From Candidatus Omnitrophota bacterium (GTDB lineage Bacteria > Omnitrophota > Omnitrophia > Omnitrophales > Aquincolibacteriaceae): 64,000 bases of DNA. Both the position numbers and the translations under genes were made by a program. The notes under the pieces were generated by a model. It ran no database searches, was not told where the DNA came from, and was given only the letters and a program-made list of their open reading frames with translations. Below are positions 1 through 9,129 of the stretch, one piece after another (positions within the stretch are counted from its first letter, which is position 1; each line of letters begins with the position of its first letter). The stretch is from positions 1,964 to 65,963 of the forward strand of contig DAOSLF010000008.1 in NCBI GenBank assembly GCA_035368605.1, read 5' to 3'.

Positions 1-2
1 TG

Positions 3-158
3 ATCTGCGCGGGTCTCATTTTCGCGTACCACGTGTTCGGGGCGGTCAGCATCGCCTTGGGAAAATCGGGGAAACTCCTTCCGTTCCTGAGCGCCTGGGG
101 CGGCAACATCGTCTTTGCGACCTTCGCCTTTACCCGGTTCGATCGGGCGAATTACTAA
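3..158 (+). CDS. 3' end of LptF/LptG (YjgP/YjgQ) family LPS-export permease (partial; start lies outside the window)
   Basis: Frame-3 translation ...ICAGLIFAYHVFGAVSIALGKSGKLLPFLSAWGGNIVFATFAFTRFDRANY* resembles the conserved C-terminal helix of LptF/LptG permeases. Stop TAA at 156-158. Confidence 0.45.
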   Translation: MCAGLIFAYHVFGAVSIALGKSGKLLPFLSAWGGNIVFATFAFTRFDRANY

Positions 159-174
159 TCCCCAAAAACAAAAA

Positions 175-211
175 CTGAAAACAAAGCCCCGAACAAGGGA
201 CTTGTTTTCAG
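175..211. terminator. bidirectional rho-independent terminator between convergent genes
   Basis: Perfect 10-bp inverted repeat CTGAAAACAA...TTGTTTTCAG with a 17-nt loop. T-rich on the + side (ttttcaacc) and A-rich upstream, giving a T-run on the minus strand. Confidence 0.5.
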
Positions 212-214
212 TTT

Positions 215-496
215 TCAACCTTCAGTCTTGTTTTTCACATCGCCCGGTGGTAACGAGATAACGCCGCCGGCCAATTGCGCGGGGACCGCGATCACAGCAT
301 TCTTTCCGAAAAGCGATCCGAGCGTCGCCTGCGCCCTCGCGATCGCATCCTGCTGATCCGCTTCCTGAAGAGCATTTTCATAGGCAGCCTCTTTGCGCGG
401 GTCCGGAGAGAGGGACGCGAACACAACCGATGAGCCCAAAAAACAGGATACGGCAGACAAAACGGCGAGCTTTTTTGCAAAATCCATAACGCTCAT
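215..496 (-). CDS. small secreted/periplasmic hypothetical protein (93 aa, N-terminal signal peptide)
   Basis: ORF has a hydrophobic N-terminus AVLSAVSCFLGSSVVFA and lies immediately downstream of glgC in the same orientation. Confidence 0.45.
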   Translation of the reverse strand: MSVMDFAKKLAVLSAVSCFLGSSVVFASLSPDPRKEAAYENALQEADQQDAIARAQATLGSLFGKNAVIAVPAQLAGGVISLPPGDVKNKTEG

Positions 497-502
497 CCCG
501 CC

Positions 503-1765
503 TCATATCCTGGTTCCGGAAGGGATATGGGCCCCCTTGGGAATGATGACGATCCCGTCGCGGATGTAATAGTTGTCCCCGTCCTTTTTATCCAGACCAC
601 GGCTGTTCGTGATCTGAACGTTATCCCCGATCCCGACGTTCTTGTCGAGGATGCAGTTCTCGATCAGGCAATTCCTGCCGATCCCGATTTGCCGGTCTTC
701 ACCCGGCTTCGGCCATTCGTGATAATCATTCCCCATCAGGATACTTCTCCGGATCACCGTCCCCTGCCCCACAACAGACCGTAATCCGATCGTGCAGTGC
801 TGGATCTTCGCGCTGGTCAGGATACAGCCCTCGGACATCAGCACATGGTCCAGTTCGGTCTTGATGATCCTGGACGGCGGAAGGAACCGCGGACGCGTAA
901 ACACACGACTATCCGGCATGAGAAAGCTGAACGGCGGATTATGCTGCGTCATTTCCATACTCGCCTCATAGAAACTGCCGATTGTCCCGATGTCGCGCCA
1001 GTATCCCGTATGGATGTAACCAAAGACCTTGAACTTCTCGATTGCCTTCGGAATGACCTCCTTGCCGAAATCCTTTTCGTTTCCCTTGAGAACATCCAAC
1101 AAAACGTCCCGGCGAAACACATAGATCCCCATCGACGCGAGATACATCGGATTCTTCGACTTGACCCGGTAGAGATCACAGAGGTTTTTGGGCATAACAT
1201 ACGGGGAGGTATCGTCATCCTTCCCGGGCTTCTCGATGAAGCTGGTGATCCGTCCCTCTTTTGTCAATTTCATAATCCCGAACCCTTTCACCACTCGCTC
1301 CGGCACCGGGATCGTCGCGACCGTCACGTCCGCCTTTTGCATTTCATGAAATCCGAGAATCTCGCGGAAGTTCATGCGGTAAAGATGGTCCCCCGAAAGG
1401 ATCAGGAACGTATCGACGGCCTCGGCACGATAGTGTGGCAGGCATTTACGAACGGCATCGGCCGTGCCCTGGAACCAGTCGGTGTGTTCCGTCGTCTGTT
1501 CGGCGGCCAGCAGCTCAACACTCGTCTTGGTGAACGCCTCATAGGGATAGGTGCGATGGATATGGCGGTGAAGCGAGGCCGAGTTGAACTGGGTTAACAC
1601 ATAGATGAGCCGGAGTCCGGAGTTGATCGCGTTCGAGATCGGAATATCGACAAGGCGGTACTTGCCTCCGATCGGAACGGCCGGTTTGGAACGGTAACTC
1701 GTAAGCGGGAAAAGCCGCTTCCCCTGTCCTCCGCCAAGAATCAATGTCGTCACTTTCCCGACCAT
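503..1765 (-). CDS. glgC: glucose-1-phosphate adenylyltransferase (ADP-glucose pyrophosphorylase)
   Basis: 420 aa. N-terminal LILGGGQGKRLFPLT...KPAVPIGGKYRLVDIPISN nucleotidyltransferase motif typical of GlgC. C-terminal left-handed beta-helix region. Confidence 0.9.
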   Translation of the reverse strand: MVGKVTTLILGGGQGKRLFPLTSYRSKPAVPIGGKYRLVDIPISNAINSGLRLIYVLTQFNSASLHRHIHRTYPYEAFTKTSVELLAAEQTTEHTDWFQGTADAVRKCLPHYRAEAVDTFLILSGDHLYRMNFREILGFHEMQKADVTVATIPVPERVVKGFGIMKLTKEGRITSFIEKPGKDDDTSPYVMPKNLCDLYRVKSKNPMYLASMGIYVFRRDVLLDVLKGNEKDFGKEVIPKAIEKFKVFGYIHTGYWRDIGTIGSFYEASMEMTQHNPPFSFLMPDSRVFTRPRFLPPSRIIKTELDHVLMSEGCILTSAKIQHCTIGLRSVVGQGTVIRRSILMGNDYHEWPKPGEDRQIGIGRNCLIENCILDKNVGIGDNVQITNSRGLDKKDGDNYYIRDGIVIIPKGAHIPSGTRI

Positions 1766-2067
1766 GATAGCGTCTCCCCCATATTTTCCTGCTGAAAATG
1801 CTTCCAGAGAACTTTTCGGAACGTATCGTTCTCCTCCATGAGAAGGAATAGCCGCGAGCGGAGTTTTTCGACAAACGCCTCACGGTGCGGATATTGTTCC
1901 TGATTGACAAAAAGATCGATCCGTCTGATGTGGACGTCAATCTGCGCCATGTTCCTCCGAATCTGTTGCTTGACGATACGCACTTCCTCAGGCGTGTACT
2001 TTTCCGCTTCCGGCACAAGCGTCTTGGGCTGCGCCGCCGGAAGATCATACCCCACATGCAGGATCAT
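1750..2067 (-). CDS. hypothetical protein (105 aa) in glgC operon
   Basis: ORF overlaps glgC by 16 bp and overlaps the upstream receiver-like gene by 4 bp (translational coupling). No recognisable motif. Confidence 0.45.
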   Translation of the reverse strand: MILHVGYDLPAAQPKTLVPEAEKYTPEEVRIVKQQIRRNMAQIDVHIRRIDLFVNQEQYPHREAFVEKLRSRLFLLMEENDTFRKVLWKHFQQENMGETLSWSGK

Positions 2068-2465
2068 TTCGCATACCTCGTGATGATGTCCGAGAGTCCG
2101 TGGAGAAACTCGGTTTTCAAATAAATCCGGTCACAACCGGCCTGTTCAGCCTCATTTTTCACCGCAATCCGGGATCGACTCACAAATCCGACGAGCGGCA
2201 CACTTCTAAAATCGGCATTTCCGCGCATCTCGTTGAGCGTTTTATAGGCTTCGACCTCGAGGTTATCAAAATCGAGCACGGCCAGAAATGGCCTCAGCTC
2301 ACGGACGGACGCCATAAACGCTCCCGCATGGTCGAAATTCCGCGCCTTGAGCCCGAAGCGCGCGGCGCATTTCACAAGATGTCCGGCGATCGTGAGGTCA
2401 CGGACCAGTCCATACATCAGACTCCCCGCCCGGACCAGTCCGGAATCAAGAGGATCGTAGCTCAT
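2064..2465 (-). CDS. atypical CheY-like receiver-domain protein (133 aa)
   Basis: Alternating beta/alpha pattern with candidate beta3 Asp (FLAVLDFDN), beta4 Ser (PLVGFVSRS) and beta5 Lys (IYLK). Divergent N-terminal acidic pocket. 4-bp overlaps on both sides. Confidence 0.4.
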   Translation of the reverse strand: MSYDPLDSGLVRAGSLMYGLVRDLTIAGHLVKCAARFGLKARNFDHAGAFMASVRELRPFLAVLDFDNLEVEAYKTLNEMRGNADFRSVPLVGFVSRSRIAVKNEAEQAGCDRIYLKTEFLHGLSDIITRYAK

Positions 2466-3775
2466 GGGACCGGATCTTTCGACGTGACCTTCCGGAGCAC
2501 CGCAAGCTTGGCCTGGGCGTCGTTCCGCAACGATTCCGGCCCCCGGACCGTCGCCAGGTCCCGAGCCGCGTCCTCATAATCCCCTTTTTTTATCCTGGCG
2601 AGCGCGTCCTGATAGGTCGCAACGGTTTTCCGGTATTGACCGATCTCAAGATCGACCAGGATATCCCGTTTCTGAGCAAGATCCTCACGGACACGCAAGA
2701 GATCGGCCGCCGTTGCCGGGGCTGTCGCGGTAAGATCCGCCATCGCGCGCTGGATATCCTGGTCCACGAGATTGATCGCTGCGGGGTAGGCGGGCGGGTT
2801 GACCTGCTGCCGCGCGGCATCTTGGGCCTGAGCGACAACCGGCGCGACCTGATCGACCGAACGAAGGGCCTCATCCCAGTTCCCTGCCTGGAGGGAATTC
2901 ATCAACGCGGCGTAGGAGACCGCGACCTCGGACTCCTTCGCGCGCTGTCCCTGTTCCACAAGACTCTGGTTCAGGGCGCCGATCTTGGAAAGCGTATCGT
3001 TGATGAACGGCTTCAGCATGGTAAGCGCAACACCGCGATGTTTCTGGACATTGGTGGAATAAAGCGGGAACCCGAGCGACTCGACCAGAAGGTTACGAGT
3101 CGAGAGGAGATCGCCTTTGGCAAAGACATCCCCCGCGGCAAGGTATTTGTCCCTGAAGAGGTCTTTCAGCTTGTTTTTGTAGCTTCGGGGCAACGTGATT
3201 TTATAAAAACGTTCCTGCTCCGAGAGCATTTGTTCATATTGCGGAAGGGTCCACGAAGGCGCCGGAAGCTGCCCGGACCACCCCGTTTTGAATTTGACCG
3301 CCCGCAGAAGCACTATCTTTTCGGCTTCACTCGGCTGCGGTTTGTCAGGGGTCGGGACGACACGCTCGAGCAACGTTTTCTCCTCCGGGGTCAGGACAGG
3401 ACCCGGGACCGTCGATGATCCGGCGTTTTTTGTTTCGGTCCGCTCGACCCCGCTGATCGAAACGGTCCGGCCCTTTTCCGCGGTATGCCTGGACAGCTTC
3501 CCGTAAAGACCATAGGCGAGATAACCGGCACCCAAAAGCACGGCAAGAAAGAAGAGGACTTTCAGGAATATCCGGAGGAATTTCAACCCATTCCCGAGCG
3601 ACGGATGTCCCGAAGATGCCGCGGAACCGATATGCCCGATCTGTTCCGAAACCTCCGTTTCGTCCTTTCTTCGGACAGATGAGGACCAGAAACAAACGGG
3701 ACATTCTTTTGCCTCAGGAGTCTCGAGGGTAAAAGACTTGCCGCAATGATCACAAGTGAACTGATAATTCGCCAT
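2462..3775 (-). CDS. membrane protein with N-terminal zinc-ribbon (CxxC...CxxC), one TM helix and a large extracytoplasmic Ala/Gln-rich domain
   Basis: MANYQFTCDHCGK...ECPVCF zinc ribbon. Hydrophobic stretch FLKVLFFLAVLLGAGYLAYGLY. 437 aa. First gene of the glgC-containing operon. Confidence 0.55.
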   Translation of the reverse strand: MANYQFTCDHCGKSFTLETPEAKECPVCFWSSSVRRKDETEVSEQIGHIGSAASSGHPSLGNGLKFLRIFLKVLFFLAVLLGAGYLAYGLYGKLSRHTAEKGRTVSISGVERTETKNAGSSTVPGPVLTPEEKTLLERVVPTPDKPQPSEAEKIVLLRAVKFKTGWSGQLPAPSWTLPQYEQMLSEQERFYKITLPRSYKNKLKDLFRDKYLAAGDVFAKGDLLSTRNLLVESLGFPLYSTNVQKHRGVALTMLKPFINDTLSKIGALNQSLVEQGQRAKESEVAVSYAALMNSLQAGNWDEALRSVDQVAPVVAQAQDAARQQVNPPAYPAAINLVDQDIQRAMADLTATAPATAADLLRVREDLAQKRDILVDLEIGQYRKTVATYQDALARIKKGDYEDAARDLATVRGPESLRNDAQAKLAVLRKVTSKDPVP

Positions 3776-4285
3776 GCGTGGGATTATACACGAAGCTTTT
3801 TTCCCTGTCAGCGTCTCGTCTCCTCTCTGTCATGGAAGAATCTGAACGGGCGTGAACCGGATTATGCCGAGACAGAGACGGCTCGGGAGGAAAGGAACAA
3901 AAGCTCCGCTTGTTCCGGGAGTGGCGACGTCTCCGGGACAAGCCCTTCGTAGCCCGGGATCGGCCATCGGTCAAACCCCGCTAGGGGCCCGAATGAGGGA
4001 AGAAGGGTCTGAGGTGTCGATGCCCCGATGAAAAGGAAAGCGGCCCGAAGAGTCAGGGCGACTCACAGACATGGAAAAGAAGTCATGCATGCGAGTCGTC
4101 ATGGCGCTCACTCCGGCAGCGGCCGGAACCCTCGAGAGGTTGGAAGCGACGCTAACTCCCGGGCTCAGTTCAATCCTGATGAGGGCGAGAAACCATGGGG
4201 ACTTGGGACGCTCCTCCCCCGCTCTTCGCAAGATAAACCGAAAGAAGAAGTTAGAGAGATGATTCAAAGGAGGCAAACCCCGGTT

Positions 4286-6448
4286 TTATTGACCGGACGG
4301 GATTCGCACTGCGGTCTGCTCAAGGATATTGATGACCTCATTGGCAGGCAGCGGTTTGCTAAACAAATATCCCTGCAGGATATCACAACCCTGGGACTTC
4401 AGGATCTCAAGCTGTGCCTTCTCCTCCACCCCTTCGGCCACGACCTCGAGTTTCAAGCTATGAGCCATCGAAATGATCGCCTGGGTGATGGCGCGATCAT
4501 CGGCATCTGTCACAATATCACGCACGAACGACCTGTCGATCTTCAGCATGTCGATCGGGAAGGTCTTCAGATACGTGAGCGAGGAATACCCCGTTCCGAA
4601 ATCATCGATGGTGATGTGGCAGCCCATCTCCTTGAGCCTGCGGAGAGTTTCCGTCGTATCCTCGAGATGTTCCATGATGGTGCTTTCCGTAATCTCCAGA
4701 TCCAGCGAAGTCGGATCGATGCCCGTTTGCCGGAGAATGCTCATCACCATATCGACCATGTTCACATAGTGGAACTGGCGGGCCGAAAGATTGACCGAAA
4801 CCCGAAGGGAACGGAACCCGTCATTTTGCCATATCCGCTTCTGTTCGCAGGCCGTCCGGAGAACCCACTCCCCGATCGGATGAATCAGGCCGATATCTTC
4901 CGCGATCGGAATGAATTCCAGTGGAGGGATCGAACCCAGGTCGGGATGCTGCCAGCGGATCAGAGCTTCCACACCGCTCACCTTGCCGGTTCTCAAGTCG
5001 AGCTGCGGCTGGTAATGAAGCAGGAATTCGTTTTTCTCCAACGCGCGTCGGAGGCTGTTTTCGAGCACGAGGCGCTCGAAGCTATTGTTGGCAATGGCCG
5101 ACGAATAAAGCTGATAGCGGTCCTTGCCTCGGTCCTTGGCCAGATGCATCGCCGCATCCGCGTTTTTGATCAGCGAAGAGGGATCCTCCCCATCCTGGGG
5201 GAAAATCGCAATTCCGATGCTGCATGTCGTGAAGAGCTCGTGCTCCTGGATATGGAAGGGCGACTTGAAAACCATAAGGAGCTTATTGGCGACAGTTTCA
5301 GCGTGTTCCGGCTTCACAATCCTCGGCAAAAGGAGCATGAAATTACCGCCGCCGATGCGCGTGATCGTGTCCGACTCATACATGGTCTTCTGGAGACGCA
5401 CCGAGACCGCCTTGATCAGTTGATCGCCGATCGCATGGCCCAACGTATCGTTGATCCTCTTGAAATGGTCCAAGTCCATAATCAGCACGGCCCCCATCTC
5501 CTTTTTGCGGCGGGATTCCTTTATGGCCTGGTCCAGACGGTCCGTAAAAAGCTCACGATTCGGAAGATTGGTCAACGAATCATAATAGACCAGCTGATGA
5601 AACCTTTCCTTTTCCTTGGCACGTTCGGTGATGTCGAACATTACACCGTCGACATGGGTCACCTTCCCTCCCAGGCCCAGAATGCCGCGCCCCTGCTCAT
5701 GAACCCAACGAAAATCCCCGCTCGGATGACGAATCCTGTAATCGATATTGAAGGCGGTCGCCGACTGCACGGCCTTATTGAAAGCCTCACGGACAATTTC
5801 GCAGTCCTGCGGAAACACCAAATCGAAATATTTCTGGATACTCTGCTGGTTCAAGTCCCGATCCTGCACCCCTGCGATACCCTCGATCCCGGAACTGATG
5901 AACTCGATCTCCCAGACACCCGAGGCATTCAGGCTGTAACGGTAAACCGCCCCCGGGATATTGGACACGAGGCTTTTAAAACGCTCTTCCTTGTCGATCA
6001 AGGACCTCTGGGATTTTTGGTGTTCCTGATAATACTTTTGAAGCTCCGCCTGCGCCTGATGGCGGTTGAACGCATAAAGAATGCTCTTATTGAGCAATTC
6101 CCGGTCAAAACTTCCCTTTACGAGATAATCCTGAGCGCCTTGAGAAATAGCATTTGACGCCAGATCACGATCATCCACCCCCGTTAATATGACCACCGGA
6201 GTCTGGGGAGAAGCGTGGCGAACAGCCGTAAGTGAGTTCAAACCCGAACTGTCGGGAAGCGTGAGGTCTAGAAGAATGATGTCTATGTCGCCGAGCTTCA
6301 AACGGTCAATGCCAGACTGGAGCATTTTGGAACGGACGACCTCGAACGCGGGCGCGTTGCACTGAAGCAGCCGTTCATTGAGAAGGACAAAATAATTCGG
6401 ATCGTCCTCAATGAGCAATATTCTTAATTTTTTGCTTTGTGTCGTCAT
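4286..6448 (-). CDS. response regulator: receiver + PAS + degenerate GGDEF (GGGNF) + EAL phosphodiesterase
   Basis: N-terminal LRILLIEDDP...DIILLDLTLPD receiver. DLDHFKRINDTLGH...RIGGGNFMLLL, with GGDEF replaced by GGGNF. EAL domain with EALIRW, DDFGTGYSSL and KIDRSFV motifs. Confidence 0.85.
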   Translation of the reverse strand: MTTQSKKLRILLIEDDPNYFVLLNERLLQCNAPAFEVVRSKMLQSGIDRLKLGDIDIILLDLTLPDSSGLNSLTAVRHASPQTPVVILTGVDDRDLASNAISQGAQDYLVKGSFDRELLNKSILYAFNRHQAQAELQKYYQEHQKSQRSLIDKEERFKSLVSNIPGAVYRYSLNASGVWEIEFISSGIEGIAGVQDRDLNQQSIQKYFDLVFPQDCEIVREAFNKAVQSATAFNIDYRIRHPSGDFRWVHEQGRGILGLGGKVTHVDGVMFDITERAKEKERFHQLVYYDSLTNLPNRELFTDRLDQAIKESRRKKEMGAVLIMDLDHFKRINDTLGHAIGDQLIKAVSVRLQKTMYESDTITRIGGGNFMLLLPRIVKPEHAETVANKLLMVFKSPFHIQEHELFTTCSIGIAIFPQDGEDPSSLIKNADAAMHLAKDRGKDRYQLYSSAIANNSFERLVLENSLRRALEKNEFLLHYQPQLDLRTGKVSGVEALIRWQHPDLGSIPPLEFIPIAEDIGLIHPIGEWVLRTACEQKRIWQNDGFRSLRVSVNLSARQFHYVNMVDMVMSILRQTGIDPTSLDLEITESTIMEHLEDTTETLRRLKEMGCHITIDDFGTGYSSLTYLKTFPIDMLKIDRSFVRDIVTDADDRAITQAIISMAHSLKLEVVAEGVEEKAQLEILKSQGCDILQGYLFSKPLPANEVINILEQTAVRIPSGQ

Positions 6449-6650
6449 TACATTGACCTATTTATAGCAAGAACATCCTTTGTTCTCTATTGGCACCTTT
6501 CTAATAAAATAATATCATCTTTATCTGTATCTGCAAGCATCAAACTATAAATATTTAATATGTGTAGTATAACATTTCTACAAACCATTTCTATAAACTG
6601 AGAGCTGCTGCTATTTGATAAAAATGCCTCGCAGGAGTTGGAACCCTGGA
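6449..6650. other. AT-rich intergenic segment (likely promoter/UP region of the minus-strand regulator gene)
   Basis: About 200 bp that is far more AT-rich than the surrounding GC-rich sequence (e.g. ctatttatagcaag...aataaaataatatcatctttatctgtatctg), directly upstream of the minus-strand gene start at 6448. Confidence 0.4.
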
Positions 6651-6955
6651 TTCAGAGCATCACCCCCCTGCGGGCTTGTTTACCGCAATTCCCAGGATCC
6701 GCAAGCATGACATTAAAACCGGAAGTCCGGAAGGCCCGCCGTTTCATGTATGGCACCTTTCGTCCCATCATGGGTTCAGAAAAGAATCCCCCTCCTGCGG
6801 CACGCATCACAAGTTCCGGCATTGCGGGAAAAACACCCCCGCCAGGATATTTATTCCTTTCAGGATGGAGAACATCGACAGCATGATACCAGGATAGTAA
6901 CGCGATCGCGCACGCGGGAATCTGTTCCGATCGGAAGGAAAAAGGGACAAAACAG

Positions 6956-7038
6956 TGGGGAGTAGTGGATTCGAACCACTGAAGGCATAAGCCAACAGAT
7001 TTACAGTCTGTCCCCTTTGGCCGCTCGGGCAACTCCCC
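6956..7038 (-). tRNA. tRNA-Tyr (anticodon GTA), type II with long variable arm
   Basis: Reverse complement GGGGAGTTGCCCGAGCGGCCAAAGGGGACAGACTGTAAATCTGTTGGCTTATGCCTTCAGTGGTTCGAATCCACTACTCCCCA. 7-bp acceptor stem. Anticodon stem ACAGA/TCTGT with loop CTGTAAA gives GUA. T-loop GGTTCGAATCC. CCA not encoded. Confidence 0.85.
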
Positions 7039-7060
7039 ATGGAGATCTGGCGAATGAATC

Positions 7061-7133
7061 AGCTGGCGGAGGGATTTGAACCCCCGACCCGCTGTTTACA
7101 AAACAGCTGCTCTACCGACTGAGCTACGCCAGC
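7061..7133 (-). tRNA. tRNA-Thr (anticodon TGT)
   Basis: Reverse complement GCTGGCGTAGCTCAGTCGGTAGAGCAGCTGTTTTGTAAACAGCGGGTCGGGGGTTCAAATCCCTCCGCCAGCT. Acceptor GCTGGCG/CGCCAGC. D-arm GCTCAGTCGGTAGAGC. Anticodon stem GCTGT/ACAGC with loop TTTGTAA gives UGU. Confidence 0.85.
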
Positions 7134-7338
7134 ACGCAGGGTTTCGACTAAGAGGGCGCATTTTACAGGAAATGCAGATAAAAATAAAGGAAACCTTGCA
7201 TCCAGTCTTTCGGGGAGTTGAGGCGCCGGTCTTCGTCCCAATCGCCGGGAAATGTCCGTATTTTCCCTTCCTGCCCCGCCGGAGCAGCCGCCGGGGCCCC
7301 TTGACAGCCACTTTCACCTGTTGATCCACCCAAACAAA

Positions 7339-7377
7339 AATCCCCGTCCGCTCTCGGAAGAATGGACGGGGATCTTC
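7339..7377 (-). terminator. rho-independent terminator downstream of the small PLDc_N gene
   Basis: Hairpin ATCCCCGTCC-gctctcggaagaat-GGACGGGGAT with a T-rich run on the minus strand (tttttgtttg). Confidence 0.5.
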
Positions 7378-7394
7378 GTTTGGTGAAGGTGTTT

Positions 7395-7571
7395 TTAGGC
7401 GGCCTTCTTCTCCTTACCAAGCACAAAATACAGGATCATGCCGATAAGCGGCAGGATCAGTACAAGGATGATCCAGAGAATCTTTTTCGCCATGGTTTTG
7501 GAGCTTTTGGCGCAATCAACGATCGCGATGATATCAAGCGCGAGAATAATCAAACCCAACAATGTCTTCAT
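7395..7571 (-). CDS. small membrane protein with PLDc_N-type (phospholipase D-nuclease N-terminal) domain, 58 aa
   Basis: Not in the ORF track because it is under 60 aa. Translation MKTLLGLIILALDIIAIVDCAKSSKTMAKKILWIILVLILPLIGMILYFVLGKEKKAA matches the conserved two-helix pattern. Good SD GGAGG 7 nt upstream of the ATG. Terminator follows. Confidence 0.6.
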   Translation of the reverse strand: MKTLLGLIILALDIIAIVDCAKSSKTMAKKILWIILVLILPLIGMILYFVLGKEKKAA

Positions 7572-7596
7572 TTCAGCCTCCCGTTCGATCTAGGTT

Positions 7597-7636
7597 ATAA
7601 ACAAAAAGCGCCCCGTCCGAAGACGGGGCGCTTTTG
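7597..7636 (-). terminator. rho-independent terminator downstream of the DUF11 lipoprotein gene
   Basis: Perfect hairpin AAGCGCCCCGTC-cgaa-GACGGGGCGCTT flanked by T-runs on the minus strand. Confidence 0.6.
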
Positions 7637-7656
7637 CATAGCATCACAACCCGCGA

Positions 7657-9129
7657 TTAATAAACGTGGGTTGACTCTGTTTCGTCCACAGACCGCGTAA
7701 GGAAGTCGCTGGTGAGCTTGACAGAGGTGCGATGGTCACCCTCTTTCTTGGCAACACCAATAACCTCCCACGTGGCCTTCTGGCCGGCGCCAAGGGAAGC
7801 GAGAGGAGCAAATTCAACACTCTTCGCATCTTCCTTCACAGCCGCAGTCGGACCCTTCGAGGACTGGTAATCGAAATTCTCCTCAAAGCTGACCTTCACG
7901 ACGATGTTCGTGTCGGGAGCCGAACCCTGGTTGGTCACGGTGATGTAGAATTTCTCCGTGCCTCCGACCTGGATCGGATCATCGACGTCAATGGCTTCGA
8001 GCAGGAGAGCCGGGATACCCGCAATGTCCGTCTGGGTATTCGCCTCGTCCTGGCAGCAATAGCCCTTAGCCGTCGCCACGCTCATGCCGGAACCACCCTG
8101 CACGGCATTAAAGACCGCGTCCATCGACACGCTCTTGCCGGCACCCAAGGTTCCAACGTTCCACACCACGGAATTGCCGGAAGCGGATCCGCCTTCCGAC
8201 GCCGAAACAAATCTCATCCCGGCGGGAATGCTGGCCGTCACGACCGTGTCGACCGAATCAGTATCGCCGCTATTCTGCGCCGACACCTTATAGGTCGCGT
8301 TCTTCGTGACGAAGATCTTGCTCGGGCCGTCGATGCTGACCTTCAGCACAGGCTGAGTGACAGCGATCGAGACCGCGTTGGAAGCAGCCGTGAGACCGGT
8401 GGCCTCCGCATTGGCCTTGATCGAATACGTCTTGGCCTCGGCAGCTTTCAGGTTAATGTTGTAGGCTTTCGAATCGCCACCATTCAGGTCACCCACATTG
8501 ATTGCAACGGAGGACTGCCCGTCCGTCGTGGTGAGGCCTCCCGGCAGGTCAAGCCTGATCACAGCATTCCGCGCGAGCCCCGTCCCGGAATTCGAAACGG
8601 TGACCTTCGCCGGGATCACGTCGCAAAGAACACCCTGGGCCTGGGCTTCAAGGGCAAGCTCAAGGCTGGGCGAGATCGCTTCGGTCCCGCAGCAAAGCAC
8701 GGGTTTGTAATCGGACTTCGTGCAGGTCGCAGGACTGCCACCCGCATTCGCGACGGCGGTCAGGACGATCTCCCGCACTTCGTTCGGCTGCATCGTGCCG
8801 ATCTGAAGCTCAGACTCGCCGGACTGGATCGTGAGCCCTTCCGAAGCTCTTTCTGTAATCACAACATCTTCCAAAGGACAGGACCGAAGATTGGTCGCCT
8901 TGATCGTGTACTGGAAGGGTTGACCGACAACAACCTGTTCCGGCATCGATTTCTCGATCCAGAGAGCGCTGTTATCTTTATTGCAGCCCTGGACCCCATA
9001 GGCGCACTTGGTCGCCCTGGGAGCAGGGGCTGGCTCGCCACAACAGGTCGCGCAGCCGGAGAGGATAAATCCTGTACCGACAACAAGAACGAGGGCGAGG
9101 ACAATCATGAGACTCTTAGAGAGTTTCAT
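7657..9129 (-). CDS. lipoprotein with DUF11-type conserved repeat domains (cell-surface repeat protein)
   Basis: Signal peptide plus lipobox (VGTGFILSGC). Cys-rich CATCCGEPAP segment. Repeated roughly 100-aa Ig-like blocks (VKVSIDGPS..., TVTNQGSAPDTN..., LTAVANAGGSPATCT) typical of DUF11 repeat proteins. 490 aa. Confidence 0.65.
   Translation of the reverse strand: MKLSKSLMIVLALVLVVGTGFILSGCATCCGEPAPAPRATKCAYGVQGCNKDNSALWIEKSMPEQVVVGQPFQYTIKATNLRSCPLEDVVITERASEGLTIQSGESELQIGTMQPNEVREIVLTAVANAGGSPATCTKSDYKPVLCCGTEAISPSLELALEAQAQGVLCDVIPAKVTVSNSGTGLARNAVIRLDLPGGLTTTDGQSSVAINVGDLNGGDSKAYNINLKAAEAKTYSIKANAEATGLTAASNAVSIAVTQPVLKVSIDGPSKIFVTKNATYKVSAQNSGDTDSVDTVVTASIPAGMRFVSASEGGSASGNSVVWNVGTLGAGKSVSMDAVFNAVQGGSGMSVATAKGYCCQDEANTQTDIAGIPALLLEAIDVDDPIQVGGTEKFYITVTNQGSAPDTNIVVKVSFEENFDYQSSKGPTAAVKEDAKSVEFAPLASLGAGQKATWEVIGVAKKEGDHRTSVKLTSDFLTRSVDETESTHVY

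Noticed and set aside
4028-6157. 709-aa plus-strand ORF
   Set aside because: Antisense to the well-supported GGDEF-EAL regulator gene. Arg/Gly-rich low-complexity translation typical of GC-rich alternative frames.
6652-7426. Several 60-126-aa ORFs on both strands around 6650-7430
   Set aside because: They overlap the two tRNA genes and each other. No RBS or coding signal. Treated as non-coding.
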